Origin: Candidatus Dormiibacterota bacterium | GTDB lineage: Bacteria > Chloroflexota > Dormibacteria > Aeolococcales > Aeolococcaceae | Length of the DNA: 64,000 bases | NCBI GenBank assembly: GCA_963718525.1 | Contig: OY970355.1 | Location: forward strand, 288,001 to 352,000 | Reading direction: 5' to 3' | Shown: in pieces, positions 40,081 through 51,045 of the stretch | How the letters are laid out: the number at the start of each line of letters is the position of its first letter | Numbering within the stretch: the first letter of the stretch is position 1 | Notes under the pieces: generated by a model | What the model was told of the DNA's origin: nothing | What the model saw: only the letters and a program-made list of their open reading frames with translations | Databases searched by the model: none | Program-made: the position numbers and the translations under genes

Positions 40081-40884
40081 TCAGCTCGCCTTGGCGACGG
40101 CGACCCCCATGCCACCGAACGTGGTCATCGCGGCGGCGAACGCCTGCGTGTTCATGGTCCGCTGGACCCCGTAGAGCACGTCGACGAAGGTCACGGTGCT
40201 GGTGACGGGGTCGTAGCCGATCACCGGCACGGCATGCTCCCCGATCGCCCACAGGACCCGGGTTCCGTCCCACGCGGTCCAGTAGCGCGGCGCATGCGCC
40301 TTGAAGTCGGAGGTCAGCCAGACCACCACGGAATTCCCCAGGCGCAACTGCGCGACGATCTCGGCGATGGTCCATCCGGTGTGGCCGTCGGCGACGGCGC
40401 CGTAGCGGTCCGCGGCGGCGACGATCGGCGGGTAGTAGACGCCATAGCCGGTGAAGTCCGGCTCGTAGCCGTTGACGTCACCGACGAACGCCGTGTAGGG
40501 GTCCCCCCAGCGCACCGGATAACCGTTGGGCCCGAGCTCGGGCGATCGCGCATCCTGGGGCAGGCTCGCATAGATCCGATCCTGGGGCACCTGGATGTTC
40601 TGCAGCGCGAGGGCAACCTCGAGCGCAGCCGACTCGCAGTCGAGCGCGAGATCCTGCTTGATGATCGGCCCCGGGAGATAGATGCTGCCGGCGTCAGTGC
40701 TGGCGGGCGTTCCCGTGGCAGCCGATCCGGTCGGAGTCGCGATCGCCGTCGACCCGGGGACCTGGGCGACCGCATGCGTTGCTGTGCCTTCCGCCAGGGT
40801 CCAGAGCGGCAGCGCGATTGCGGCGGCGAGGGTCAGCAACCCCACCGCCGCGAGCGCCGGGCGTCGCAGACGGATCATGGGCAT
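40081..40884 (-). CDS. secreted C39-like (papain-fold) peptidase
   Basis: Signal peptide; Q...LDCESAAL catalytic Cys, GDP..AFVGD, GEHAVPVIGYD. Confidence 0.8.
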   Translation of the reverse strand: MPMIRLRRPALAAVGLLTLAAAIALPLWTLAEGTATHAVAQVPGSTAIATPTGSAATGTPASTDAGSIYLPGPIIKQDLALDCESAALEVALALQNIQVPQDRIYASLPQDARSPELGPNGYPVRWGDPYTAFVGDVNGYEPDFTGYGVYYPPIVAAADRYGAVADGHTGWTIAEIVAQLRLGNSVVVWLTSDFKAHAPRYWTAWDGTRVLWAIGEHAVPVIGYDPVTSTVTFVDVLYGVQRTMNTQAFAAAMTTFGGMGVAVAKAS

Positions 40885-40946
40885 GGCCTGGTGTCCACGG
40901 TCATATCACTCTAACCAGCGCCCCGCGGCCTGGTTACATCGGTGCG

Positions 40947-42810
<1,864 letters not shown>

Positions 42811-42847
42811 GATGGTACGCCCACGGTCACAAACCAGCGATGGACTA

Positions 42848-42876
42848 TTGCAGAGATATCTCTCGAGAGATATACT
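42848..42876 (+). promoter_or_regulatory. promoter with 18-bp palindromic operator, leaderless arsR-type gene
   Basis: TTGCAG-17 nt-TATACT; perfect palindrome ATATCTCTCGAGAGATAT at 42856-42873; ATG 7 nt after the -10. Confidence 0.75.
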
Positions 42877-42883
42877 TCGATAC

Positions 42884-43519
42884 ATGGATGTCGAAAACAA
42901 CCTCTCAAAACCTCAGAGCGATCCCACGGCAAGCGGCATCGCCAGCAACGAGCCGCGCAAGCTCACCGATCCCCGGGCAATGCGGGCGGTCGCACACCCA
43001 ATCCGGATCGCCATCCTCGAGGTCCTGGCCACCGAAGGGCCGCTGACCGCCACTCAGGCGGGCGAGCTCATCGGCGAGAGCCCCACCACCTGCTCCTTCC
43101 ACCTCCGTCAGCTCGCGAAGTACGGGTTCATCGAGGAGGTCGCCGGGGTTGCGGGGCGGAAGCGCCCGTGGCGGCTGGCGCATGCCGGGATGAGCTACTC
43201 CGATGTGAGCGACGACCCGGAGACCCGCCTTGCCGCGGCCGCGCTCAGCCGCGTCCTGCACGACTTCTACATCAACCGGCTCAAGGAAGGGCTCGAGCTG
43301 CGCCGGGACGTCCCGACGGAGTGGCAGCAAGCCACCGGCGCGAGCGAGTTTCTCCTGTACATCACCACCGAGGAGTTGCATCACATCGACGAGAGCGTCA
43401 CCGCACTCATCAAGCCGTATGTCGAGCGAATCGGCAACCCGAAGAAGCGGCCGAAGGGCTCGATTCCGATCGAGCTGCTGTTCTTCGCATATCCACGCCC
43501 CCCCCACCGCACCAGCTGA
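42884..43519 (+). CDS. ArsR/SmtB-like wHTH transcriptional regulator
   Basis: MRAVAHPIRIAIL, SFHLRQLAKYGFIEE, RPW. Confidence 0.9.
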   Translation: MDVENNLSKPQSDPTASGIASNEPRKLTDPRAMRAVAHPIRIAILEVLATEGPLTATQAGELIGESPTTCSFHLRQLAKYGFIEEVAGVAGRKRPWRLAHAGMSYSDVSDDPETRLAAAALSRVLHDFYINRLKEGLELRRDVPTEWQQATGASEFLLYITTEELHHIDESVTALIKPYVERIGNPKKRPKGSIPIELLFFAYPRPPHRTS

Positions 43520-43574
43520 TCGCTACAACTCGAATAACCCAAAAAGACGAATAGGAATAAAAGGAGGTAACGCC

Positions 43575-43721
43575 ATGACCAACTTGCAGAACATCGAACT
43601 CGCCCGCTCCATGGAGCGCCGGCGCGTCTTCTGTGCCGAGCATGCCTGCTCGAATCGCACAGTGCTGCAGCGCGTCACGGCCAGGATCAACGCCTGGTCC
43701 GATCGCCATGACCGCAGCTAG
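43575..43721 (+). CDS. 48-aa hypothetical peptide
   Basis: Strong AAGGAGG SD before ATG; MTNLQNIELARSMERRR... Confidence 0.5.
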   Translation: MTNLQNIELARSMERRRVFCAEHACSNRTVLQRVTARINAWSDRHDRS

Positions 43722-43786
43722 TGCGGCGCAATAGTGTGCGGAGGCACGCGTGAGCGTGCCTCCGCACCGCAACTGGGGCTGACCCG

Positions 43787-45040
43787 GTGCGCGCCCTGCT
43801 CGCCGACCGCAACGGCCGCCGCTATCTCATCGGTCAGTTGCTCTCCGTCTTCGGCGATACAGCGATGTGGCTCGCCGCCGGCATCTGGGTCAAGACCCTC
43901 ACCGGCAGCAACGCGGCCGCCGGGCTGACCTTCTTCGCGTTCAGCCTGCCATCGGTGCTCGCACCAGCGGCGGGGCTGCTCGTCGACCGGGTCAAGAAAC
44001 GCCCCCTGCTGGTCACCACCGATGTCGTGCTCGGGGCCAGCGTGCTCCTGCTCCTCCTGGTGCACGGACGCGACCAGGTGTGGCTCATCTACGCGGTCAT
44101 GGTGCTGTATGGAGCGGCCTATGGCGTGCTCGGTTCCGGCGAGTCGGCGCTGCTCCGCGAGATGCTTCCCGAGGAGTTGCTCGGCCAGGCCAACGGCATG
44201 CTGCAGACGCTCCGGCAGGGGATTCGTCTGGTCGGCCCCGTCGCCGGCGCAGGACTGTTCGCGTGGCAAGGCGGTGGCGCGGTTGCCGTCGTGGATGCAT
44301 GCACGTTCCTCATCGCGGCTGCGGCGACGTTTTCATTGCGCGTCACCGAGGTGACACCCGAGCGCTCTGAACACCACTGGTTCGCCGAGGTCACCGCCGG
44401 CGTCCGCTACGTCGCGACGACGGTGGTGCTTCGTCAGATGGTCATCGGATGCCTGCTGATCATCATCCCGTTCGGCTTCTACGAGACCATCGCCTTCGCC
44501 GTGGTCAGCAGCGGACTCCACAAGCCCCCCACCTTCCTCGGCATCCTCACCACAGCCCAGGGCATTGGGGCGGTCGCCGGTGGGCTCAGCGCGGCCGCCA
44601 TCATGCAGCGCACCAACGAGGGAGCCCTCTTCGGATTCGGATGCGTGCTGTTCGCGGCGGCGTCCGCCCTGCTCATGGTGCAGTGGCTGCCCGCAGTGAT
44701 CGCGGCGGTGGTGATCCTAGGTGCGTGCCTGCCTTGGGTTCTGGTCGCCCTGTACACAATCGTTCAGCGCAGAACGCCGATGTCGCTGCAGGGCCGCGTC
44801 TTCTCCGCGTTCGATACGCTGATCGGCGTGCCGCAGACCCTGTCGATCGCGCTCGGCGCGGAACTCATCGCGCTGGTCGACTACCGCCTGCTCCTGGTCT
44901 TCGCAGCGTTGATGGGCATCGTCGCCGCACTGTATCTGTTGACGCGGCACGAGTTGCGCCGGCCGCCGACCCACTCGGAACCGGAGCCGGATGCACCCTA
45001 CCTCGAGACGGCCGAGGGATTCACGCTGCCATTGGCGTAG
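43787..45040 (+). CDS. MFS transporter (DHA3/macrolide-efflux-like)
   Basis: About 12 TM; GLLVDRVKKR, LQGRVFS. Confidence 0.9.
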   Translation: MRALLADRNGRRYLIGQLLSVFGDTAMWLAAGIWVKTLTGSNAAAGLTFFAFSLPSVLAPAAGLLVDRVKKRPLLVTTDVVLGASVLLLLLVHGRDQVWLIYAVMVLYGAAYGVLGSGESALLREMLPEELLGQANGMLQTLRQGIRLVGPVAGAGLFAWQGGGAVAVVDACTFLIAAAATFSLRVTEVTPERSEHHWFAEVTAGVRYVATTVVLRQMVIGCLLIIIPFGFYETIAFAVVSSGLHKPPTFLGILTTAQGIGAVAGGLSAAAIMQRTNEGALFGFGCVLFAAASALLMVQWLPAVIAAVVILGACLPWVLVALYTIVQRRTPMSLQGRVFSAFDTLIGVPQTLSIALGAELIALVDYRLLLVFAALMGIVAALYLLTRHELRRPPTHSEPEPDAPYLETAEGFTLPLA

Positions 45041-46332
45041 GCCGGCGTCGCGTCCGGCAGCTGGCGCGTTCTGCAGATCTCCGCAAACAGTGCGGCACTG
45101 GGCTTGGCACTCCGCTCCTGAGTCTCACGATCGACGGCGATCAAGCCGAAGCGTTGTGTATAGCCCTCCACCCACTCGAAATTGTCCCATGCGGTCCAGT
45201 ACAGGTAGCCGCGCACATCAACCCCGGCGTCAATCGCGTCCGCGACGGCGTGCAGATGGTCACGCAGGTAGGCAGGACGCAACTCGTCGTGATCATCGGC
45301 GACGCCGTTTTCCGTGATCAGGATCGGGAGCGCGAATTCGCTGAACAGGTCGGTGAGCGCCGTACGAAGTGCGATCGGATCGATGGCCCAGCCGGCGCTC
45401 GAGAGCGGCAGACCCGGGGTTGCCTCGTGCCGTCCGAACAGCCTTCCCGGTGCGAGCAGATCCAGGGACACGGCCTCGGTGGTGTAGTGATTCAGTCCGA
45501 GATACGTGAGCGATCCGGCGAGCCCGGGCACCACCGCGCCACGACCAACTGGTGGCAGCATCCGCCCGGCGACACAGCTGCGCAGGAACCATCGATTGAA
45601 GAGGTAGTCCGGGGGCCGCGCCAGCAGCCGATCGACCGGCGACGCGGGGTCGCGCGGAACGAGGCGACGCTCGTGATGCGCGATCGATACATGAGCCGCC
45701 CGTCCGTGCAGGTCGGCGACGGTCCTGATCGCGTGTGCTCCTGCGGCGTGCATTCGCAGGAGGCCGCGCAGCGCGGCGAGCGTTCGGCGTAACGAGCGTT
45801 CTCCCGGCGGCCAGGTTCCTTCGAGATGTGCAAGCACCGCGACGACATTGGGCTCGTTGACGGTGACCCACCATGTGACCATGTCGCCCATCGCCTCCAC
45901 GCACGCAGCGACGTAGCGCGCAAAACGAAGCGGCGCCGCCGGAGCCGCGAAACCGCCCGAGTCGGCAAGCCACGCGGGAAGCGTGAAATGGTGCAGCGTG
46001 ACCACGGGCTCCATCCCGTTGCGGAGGCAGGTGCGCGCCACGTCAACGTAGTGCTCGAGCGCATCGCGGTCGAACCGTCCAGGCTCCGGCTCGACGCGCG
46101 CCCACTCGATCGAGAATCGGTGCACGTTGTGATGCATCGACCCGAGCTGCTCGAGATCGGACGGATAGCGCCGGTACTGATCGATCGCGACCGACGCATC
46201 GCCGCCGCCGTTGATGGCCTCGGGATGATCCGCGACCCATCTCGACCAGTCGTTGTCGATGCCGCCTTCGACCTGGTGCGCCGCGGTGGCACACCCCAGG
46301 AGAAATCCCTCGGGTAACTGCCTCGGCGTCAC
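44998..46332 (-). CDS. glycoside hydrolase family 1 (beta-glucosidase)
   Basis: ATAAHQVEG, RFSIEWARVEP, TVNEP acid/base, ITENG nucleophile, DNFEW. Confidence 0.94.
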   Translation of the reverse strand: MTPRQLPEGFLLGCATAAHQVEGGIDNDWSRWVADHPEAINGGGDASVAIDQYRRYPSDLEQLGSMHHNVHRFSIEWARVEPEPGRFDRDALEHYVDVARTCLRNGMEPVVTLHHFTLPAWLADSGGFAAPAAPLRFARYVAACVEAMGDMVTWWVTVNEPNVVAVLAHLEGTWPPGERSLRRTLAALRGLLRMHAAGAHAIRTVADLHGRAAHVSIAHHERRLVPRDPASPVDRLLARPPDYLFNRWFLRSCVAGRMLPPVGRGAVVPGLAGSLTYLGLNHYTTEAVSLDLLAPGRLFGRHEATPGLPLSSAGWAIDPIALRTALTDLFSEFALPILITENGVADDHDELRPAYLRDHLHAVADAIDAGVDVRGYLYWTAWDNFEWVEGYTQRFGLIAVDRETQERSAKPSAALFAEICRTRQLPDATPAYANGSVNPSAVSR

Positions 46333-46580
46333 CCGCTGGCCGCCGGCGCCTCGAGAACGAGCCTGCGGAATCCGTCTGACGGCTCGTCGACGATGATGCT
46401 CACGCCATTCTTCCGGCTCCATGCGCGGACAGCGAATGCGTGCTCAGCAACCGGCGAGTGGACCTCGAGGCGATCACCCGGACCCAGGAGCGCATACGCC
46501 TTGCGCACCTGCTGGAGCGGGCCAGGCTCGGTGCACAGCTCCTCCGAAGCACTCAGATCGAGCACCGTGGTCTGGGTCAT
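46329..46580 (-). CDS. TusA/SirA-like sulfur-carrier fold protein
   Basis: VLDL...C..PGP, L.PGD.LEV, V.AW pattern; 83 aa. Confidence 0.65.
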   Translation of the reverse strand: MTQTTVLDLSASEELCTEPGPLQQVRKAYALLGPGDRLEVHSPVAEHAFAVRAWSRKNGVSIIVDEPSDGFRRLVLEAPAASG

Positions 46581-46637
46581 GAAACGCGTGGCGACCTCTG
46601 CAATGGATCTGCCGATGACTTCACCGCACCAGAATAC

Positions 46638-46991
46638 GTGCCCGTCACGGTCGGGTCGACGGGGTGGGTGATGCACCGAGCCGATCGTCTGCCCGCGCCG
46701 GTGCTCGCGGGCGGCCTTTCCTGTGGCCCTGGTGAAGCGGCCCATAATGCGCCAATGCCCACTCCAGAGCTGGCCCGCCACGACGACACTGTCGAGGACG
46801 AGGAGGATCGCCCCCGCCCGGTCGCCGGCACCGTCCGACTGATGACCGAGGACCCGTTCGAGATGGACGACGACGCTGACTCCGGTCTCGGCCGCCGCCT
46901 CTCCTCGCTTGCGTCCAAGAGCCCCTGGGTCATCCCCGCCGCGCTGGTGGGGATTGGCGTGGCTTTCCTGGTTTTGCGCCGCCGGCGCTGA
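46638..46991 (+). CDS. hypothetical protein with C-terminal membrane anchor
   Basis: Acidic linker then KSPWVIPAALVGIGVAFLVLRRRR; start uncertain. Confidence 0.45.
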   Translation: MPVTVGSTGWVMHRADRLPAPVLAGGLSCGPGEAAHNAPMPTPELARHDDTVEDEEDRPRPVAGTVRLMTEDPFEMDDDADSGLGRRLSSLASKSPWVIPAALVGIGVAFLVLRRRR

Positions 46992-48060
46992 CCTCAAGGC
47001 CTCCTCGGGGCACGCGCTCGACGAGCGGCGGGCTGTCCGCCCTGGCGAAGATGTCGAGCATCAGCGCCTCGAACGCCAGGCGCGGCTGCGCGTACATGGC
47101 GACGGACTCCGCAGTGTCGAGGATGCGAGCCAGGATCTCGACGATGCGCGTGAGCTCCAGGTCCTCGGCCCACGCCTCGAGCGCCGGTCGGTAGGCCTTC
47201 CAGACCGCCAGCTCCGGAGCTCCGGACGCGAAGCAGGCGGCGTCGCGCACGAACGACGCCCACGCACCCAGCGTGATCAGCGCCTGCTCGCGGACTTCGG
47301 CGGTTCGCTCGGTGCCCGCTGCCGCGGCCACCGTGATGAGCGCGGCGGCCCGGAGCGCGCCCTCCGCACCCCCGCCGCCGGCGCCGATGAATCGATCGAG
47401 CGCGTCCAGCTCAGCGCCGAGCGCGCCCGGTTCGGTTGCCAGGCGCAGGGCGCGGCCCGGGCGCCCCGCGGCAAGGGCCGCGGCGGTGGCGGCATCGTGC
47501 TCGTTCACCCCGTGGAGGCGCTCGAGCCAGTCCTCGATCGCCTGAGAGGGGACCGGGCCGAGCACCACGGTCTCGCATCGGGACCGCACCGTCTGGGGGA
47601 GCTGCTCCGGATGCGCGGAGGTCAGGACGAGGTGCGCCCGCGGCGGTGGCTCTTCGAGCGTCTTGAGCAGGTTGTCCGCCGCCTGCTCGGTGAGACGGTC
47701 GGCACGAGCGATCACCGCGATGCGCCGGCCACCGGCGTAGGCGGCGAGCGAGAGGAACTGCTGTAGCGAGGGTCCGGCCTCCTCATCACCCGGCTTGCGC
47801 TTCGGCGACGGGCGCATCCTGTCGATCCCCACGTTCTCCGCGGCCGAGTCCTCGAGCCAGAAGTCGGGATGGGCGGCGAGCCCTCCCGGCCAAGTCGACG
47901 CGTCCAGCAGCTGGGACGCGAGAGCGAGCGCCGCCGTCGTCTTGCCCACTCCCTCGGGCCCGATCAGCAGGAGCGCGTGGGTGAGCTCGTCATCAACGCC
48001 ACTCGCCGCCAGACGCTGCAGCACCGGCCCGTGTCCGATCACCGAGTCAAGCGTGGTCAC
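46930..48060 (-). CDS. holB: DNA polymerase III delta-prime subunit
   Basis: HALLLIGPEGVGKT, HPDF, ADRLTEQAADNLLKTLEEPP, TVRSRC. Confidence 0.9.
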   Translation of the reverse strand: MTTLDSVIGHGPVLQRLAASGVDDELTHALLLIGPEGVGKTTAALALASQLLDASTWPGGLAAHPDFWLEDSAAENVGIDRMRPSPKRKPGDEEAGPSLQQFLSLAAYAGGRRIAVIARADRLTEQAADNLLKTLEEPPPRAHLVLTSAHPEQLPQTVRSRCETVVLGPVPSQAIEDWLERLHGVNEHDAATAAALAAGRPGRALRLATEPGALGAELDALDRFIGAGGGGAEGALRAAALITVAAAAGTERTAEVREQALITLGAWASFVRDAACFASGAPELAVWKAYRPALEAWAEDLELTRIVEILARILDTAESVAMYAQPRLAFEALMLDIFARADSPPLVERVPRGGLEVSAGGAKPGKPRQSPPARRG

Positions 48061-48087
48061 GGGATGGATTGTGCAGAATTGCCCGCG

Positions 48088-49056
48088 GTGACCCAGTCCG
48101 AGACGTCAGCGCAGGCAGTCTGGCCGCCGCGTCACGCCGACAGCGGACGGCACTACGCCGCGCGGGTGATCCTCTACATGGAGGGGGCGTTCCTCGTCCT
48201 CATCTCGTTCGGTTTCTTCAGCGGCGCCGAAGGGAGCGGCGCGCTCAGCGTCGTTGGGGGTGGCGGCCTGTGCATCGTGGGCGCGGTGATCCTCGGCGTC
48301 GGCGCCACGCGAATGCGCCACGACATGCCGGCGGTTCGCGACCCGAACGATCCGGACCAGAGGGTGCCGTGGGACTGGTCCGATTTTCTGATGTTCTGGC
48401 CGGGGTGGTTCAGCGCGTTTCAGCTGCTCGGGTCGGTCGCGATCATCCTGACCAACGTCATCGCCAGCAACTCGGATCCAACGGTTCGCACCGCGATCGA
48501 ATCGTCCGTGCTCGCGGTGTGCCAGTACACCGCCATGCTGTTCAACATCTTCGTGTTCGTGTTCATGCGTCGCGGCGGGACGTTGCGCGATCTCGGATGG
48601 CGCGGCTTCAAATGGTGGTGGCTCCCGGTCGCACCGGTCGCGACGTACGTCGCGTTGGTGGGTGCGGGCTACCTGCAGACCATCAACCAGAACCTGTTCC
48701 CAGGTGTGTCAAATGGACAGTGCCAGCAGGTGCAGCACGACTACAGCCATTATTACGTCCTCGCAATCATCGTTGTCTGTGTGATTGCACCGATCTCCGA
48801 GGAGACGATCTTCCGAGGATTCATCTATGGCTGGCTGCATCGCTGGGGGCCGGCTGTCCTGGCGATACCCTTGAGCGCCATCATCTTCTCGGCTCTGCAC
48901 CAGCAGTTGGTGCTGTTTCTGCCCCTCCTCTTCGTCGGTGTCGTTCTCGCATCCCTCTACCAGGGATCGCGAAGCATCATTCCCGGCATCCTGACGCACG
49001 CGCTCTTCAACCTTCCAAACATCATCGCGATCCTGAGCACCACGACCACCTGTTGA
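48088..49056 (+). CDS. CPBP (CAAX/Abi) family intramembrane metalloprotease
   Basis: APISEETIFRG, FSALH, HALFN. Confidence 0.9.
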   Translation: MTQSETSAQAVWPPRHADSGRHYAARVILYMEGAFLVLISFGFFSGAEGSGALSVVGGGGLCIVGAVILGVGATRMRHDMPAVRDPNDPDQRVPWDWSDFLMFWPGWFSAFQLLGSVAIILTNVIASNSDPTVRTAIESSVLAVCQYTAMLFNIFVFVFMRRGGTLRDLGWRGFKWWWLPVAPVATYVALVGAGYLQTINQNLFPGVSNGQCQQVQHDYSHYYVLAIIVVCVIAPISEETIFRGFIYGWLHRWGPAVLAIPLSAIIFSALHQQLVLFLPLLFVGVVLASLYQGSRSIIPGILTHALFNLPNIIAILSTTTTC

Positions 49057-49078
49057 CGGCCTCGGCGGCCAAGTCTTG

Positions 49079-49855
49079 TCAGACGACTGACTGGATCTGA
49101 CCGCCGTCGACGGCGATGGACACGCCGGTGACGAATGACGCGGCAGGCGAGCAGAGAAACACGGCTACGTGCGCAATCTCCTCGGGCTCGCCGACACGAC
49201 CCATGGGATTGACCTTGCCCGCATGTGCGAAGAACGCATCGAGGTCGGTGACGCCGCTGCCCTGCGCCACCTCGATCTGACGATCAGTCCTGATCGCACC
49301 GGGGAGCAGCGAGTTGACGCGGATCTGGGGCGCAAATTCGATCGCGAGAGTCTTCGCAAGACCGCTGACGGCGCCGCGAATGCTGTTGCTCAGCGTCAGA
49401 CCGCTGATCGGCTGTTTGACGCTGGTCGAGGTGATGAACAGGATGGCGGCGGCGTCCGACTCACGCAGCGCAGGTAGCGCAGCCTGGATAAGGTGAATCG
49501 CACTCATGAAGGTGAGTTGGTGCGCTGCTTCCCACATCTCTCCGTCGATATCGTTGAACGAGCCCCGCGGCGGACCGCCGGCGTTGACGACCAGGGCGTC
49601 GAGACGCCCGAAATCGTTGACGGCACGTTCGACGGCGACCCTCGCCTGTTGCGCGTCTGCGACGTCCGCGGGGGTGGCGACAACGCGGACTCCGTGGGTG
49701 CGCACTGACTCGGCCGCCGTCTGCAAGGCGGAGTCCGTACGGGCGCACATGCCCACATCGGCACCCTCGGCGGCGAACTGTTCAGCGATGGCACGTCCCA
49801 TGCCCTTGCTCGACGCGGCGACAAATGCAGCGCGTCCGCGGAGCCCCAGATCCAT
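49079..49855 (-). CDS. SDR family oxidoreductase
   Basis: AASSKGMG, VNAGGP, LSNSIR, NSLLPG, VDGG. Confidence 0.92.
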   Translation of the reverse strand: MDLGLRGRAAFVAASSKGMGRAIAEQFAAEGADVGMCARTDSALQTAAESVRTHGVRVVATPADVADAQQARVAVERAVNDFGRLDALVVNAGGPPRGSFNDIDGEMWEAAHQLTFMSAIHLIQAALPALRESDAAAILFITSTSVKQPISGLTLSNSIRGAVSGLAKTLAIEFAPQIRVNSLLPGAIRTDRQIEVAQGSGVTDLDAFFAHAGKVNPMGRVGEPEEIAHVAVFLCSPAASFVTGVSIAVDGGQIQSVV

Positions 49856-49922
49856 GCGTGGCAGGCTAGCAGCTTGCTCAGCGCGCACGTGACGTCCGCG
49901 ATCTGTCCGCCGCATCGCGCCG

Positions 49923-50969
49923 ATGGAGCGTGCTGAAAGGGCCATACTTGGTCTCGTGGTCGAAGAATTGGGAAGGCGAGGGTTGTTGCCGCTGCTTCCT
50001 GCTGGTACCGCTATCTTCGAGGGTCTTCCGCTGGGCGCCCTCGTCCTTGTTGCGCTCGCTCCGGCCGTCGGCGATGGCCTGATCACGATGCGCGATGACG
50101 CAGGCGAAGGCGTGCTCGTCATCCGCGACGGCGTCATCTCGGAGACGATCTGGATTACGGATGGTGTTCGTGCCGACGGCAACGAAGCGCTCGAACTGGT
50201 GCACGCTGCCCACGCGGCGACGGTATCCGCGTGCCGTCTGTCTCACGATGTGATGGGACTCATCAGGCCGCTGATTCGAAGTCAGTCGTGCTACGCCGAT
50301 CTGCGCCTCGAGTGGATCGTCTGGCCCAACTTGCTCCGTGACCTCGAGACGCGCGGCGGCACGTTCGTTGTTGAGCTCTCGACCCCCAGCGATCGCGGCG
50401 TGACGGTCATCGAGCAAGGGCGACGGGTTGCGACGTTCCTCGAGTTGCACCCAGCGCTCGGGGATCCGGATCTCCTCGATGGCCTTGCCTCCGGCGGTGT
50501 GGGGTCCATACGGGTTCTCGGTCAGGGCGGCGAAGGGGTCCGAGAGCTCGCTGAGCCGTTGGTTGCCGCCTCGACTGTGAACCAGCCGCGGCGCGACTTC
50601 GTTGTGGTGCAAAGCCCTGCTCCAGCCATCACCGATGCCGACGGCACGAACGCCACGCTGTCCGCATTTTTCGGCCCGTCGCACAATGCCTCGGATCAAA
50701 ATCCCGAGCTGCGGATTGACGGGATCGGCCAGCAGCGCCCGACGCCCGTCGAGTCCGTCCTACCTCAGCTCAAGACGCTGGTGCGTGATCGCCTGCAACG
50801 GTCGTCGGGGTCGGTCGAGGAGGTCGTGGACGGAGCTGCGAGAGACCGCCAGAGCCTGGAGTGGCTCGCAGACCGAGTGCGCGTGATGTCGGTGCGCGGG
50901 TTTCTCCACTCGACGTTCGATCAGCTCGCCGACGACATGCTTGCGTTGACCCCTCGAGAACCCGTCTAA
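49923..50969 (+). CDS. hypothetical protein (possible tandem DUF4388/PATAN-like domains)
   Basis: Repeated G.L.I..G / G...IEQG beta pattern; no catalytic motif recognised. Confidence 0.6.
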   Translation: MERAERAILGLVVEELGRRGLLPLLPAGTAIFEGLPLGALVLVALAPAVGDGLITMRDDAGEGVLVIRDGVISETIWITDGVRADGNEALELVHAAHAATVSACRLSHDVMGLIRPLIRSQSCYADLRLEWIVWPNLLRDLETRGGTFVVELSTPSDRGVTVIEQGRRVATFLELHPALGDPDLLDGLASGGVGSIRVLGQGGEGVRELAEPLVAASTVNQPRRDFVVVQSPAPAITDADGTNATLSAFFGPSHNASDQNPELRIDGIGQQRPTPVESVLPQLKTLVRDRLQRSSGSVEEVVDGAARDRQSLEWLADRVRVMSVRGFLHSTFDQLADDMLALTPREPV

Positions 50970-51045
50970 GGCGCTTTCCAGGGCATGCGGTCCTCCCCGG
51001 ACTGTCCGGGGGACGTCCCGCCTGCAGGCGCATCGTCAGTTACGG

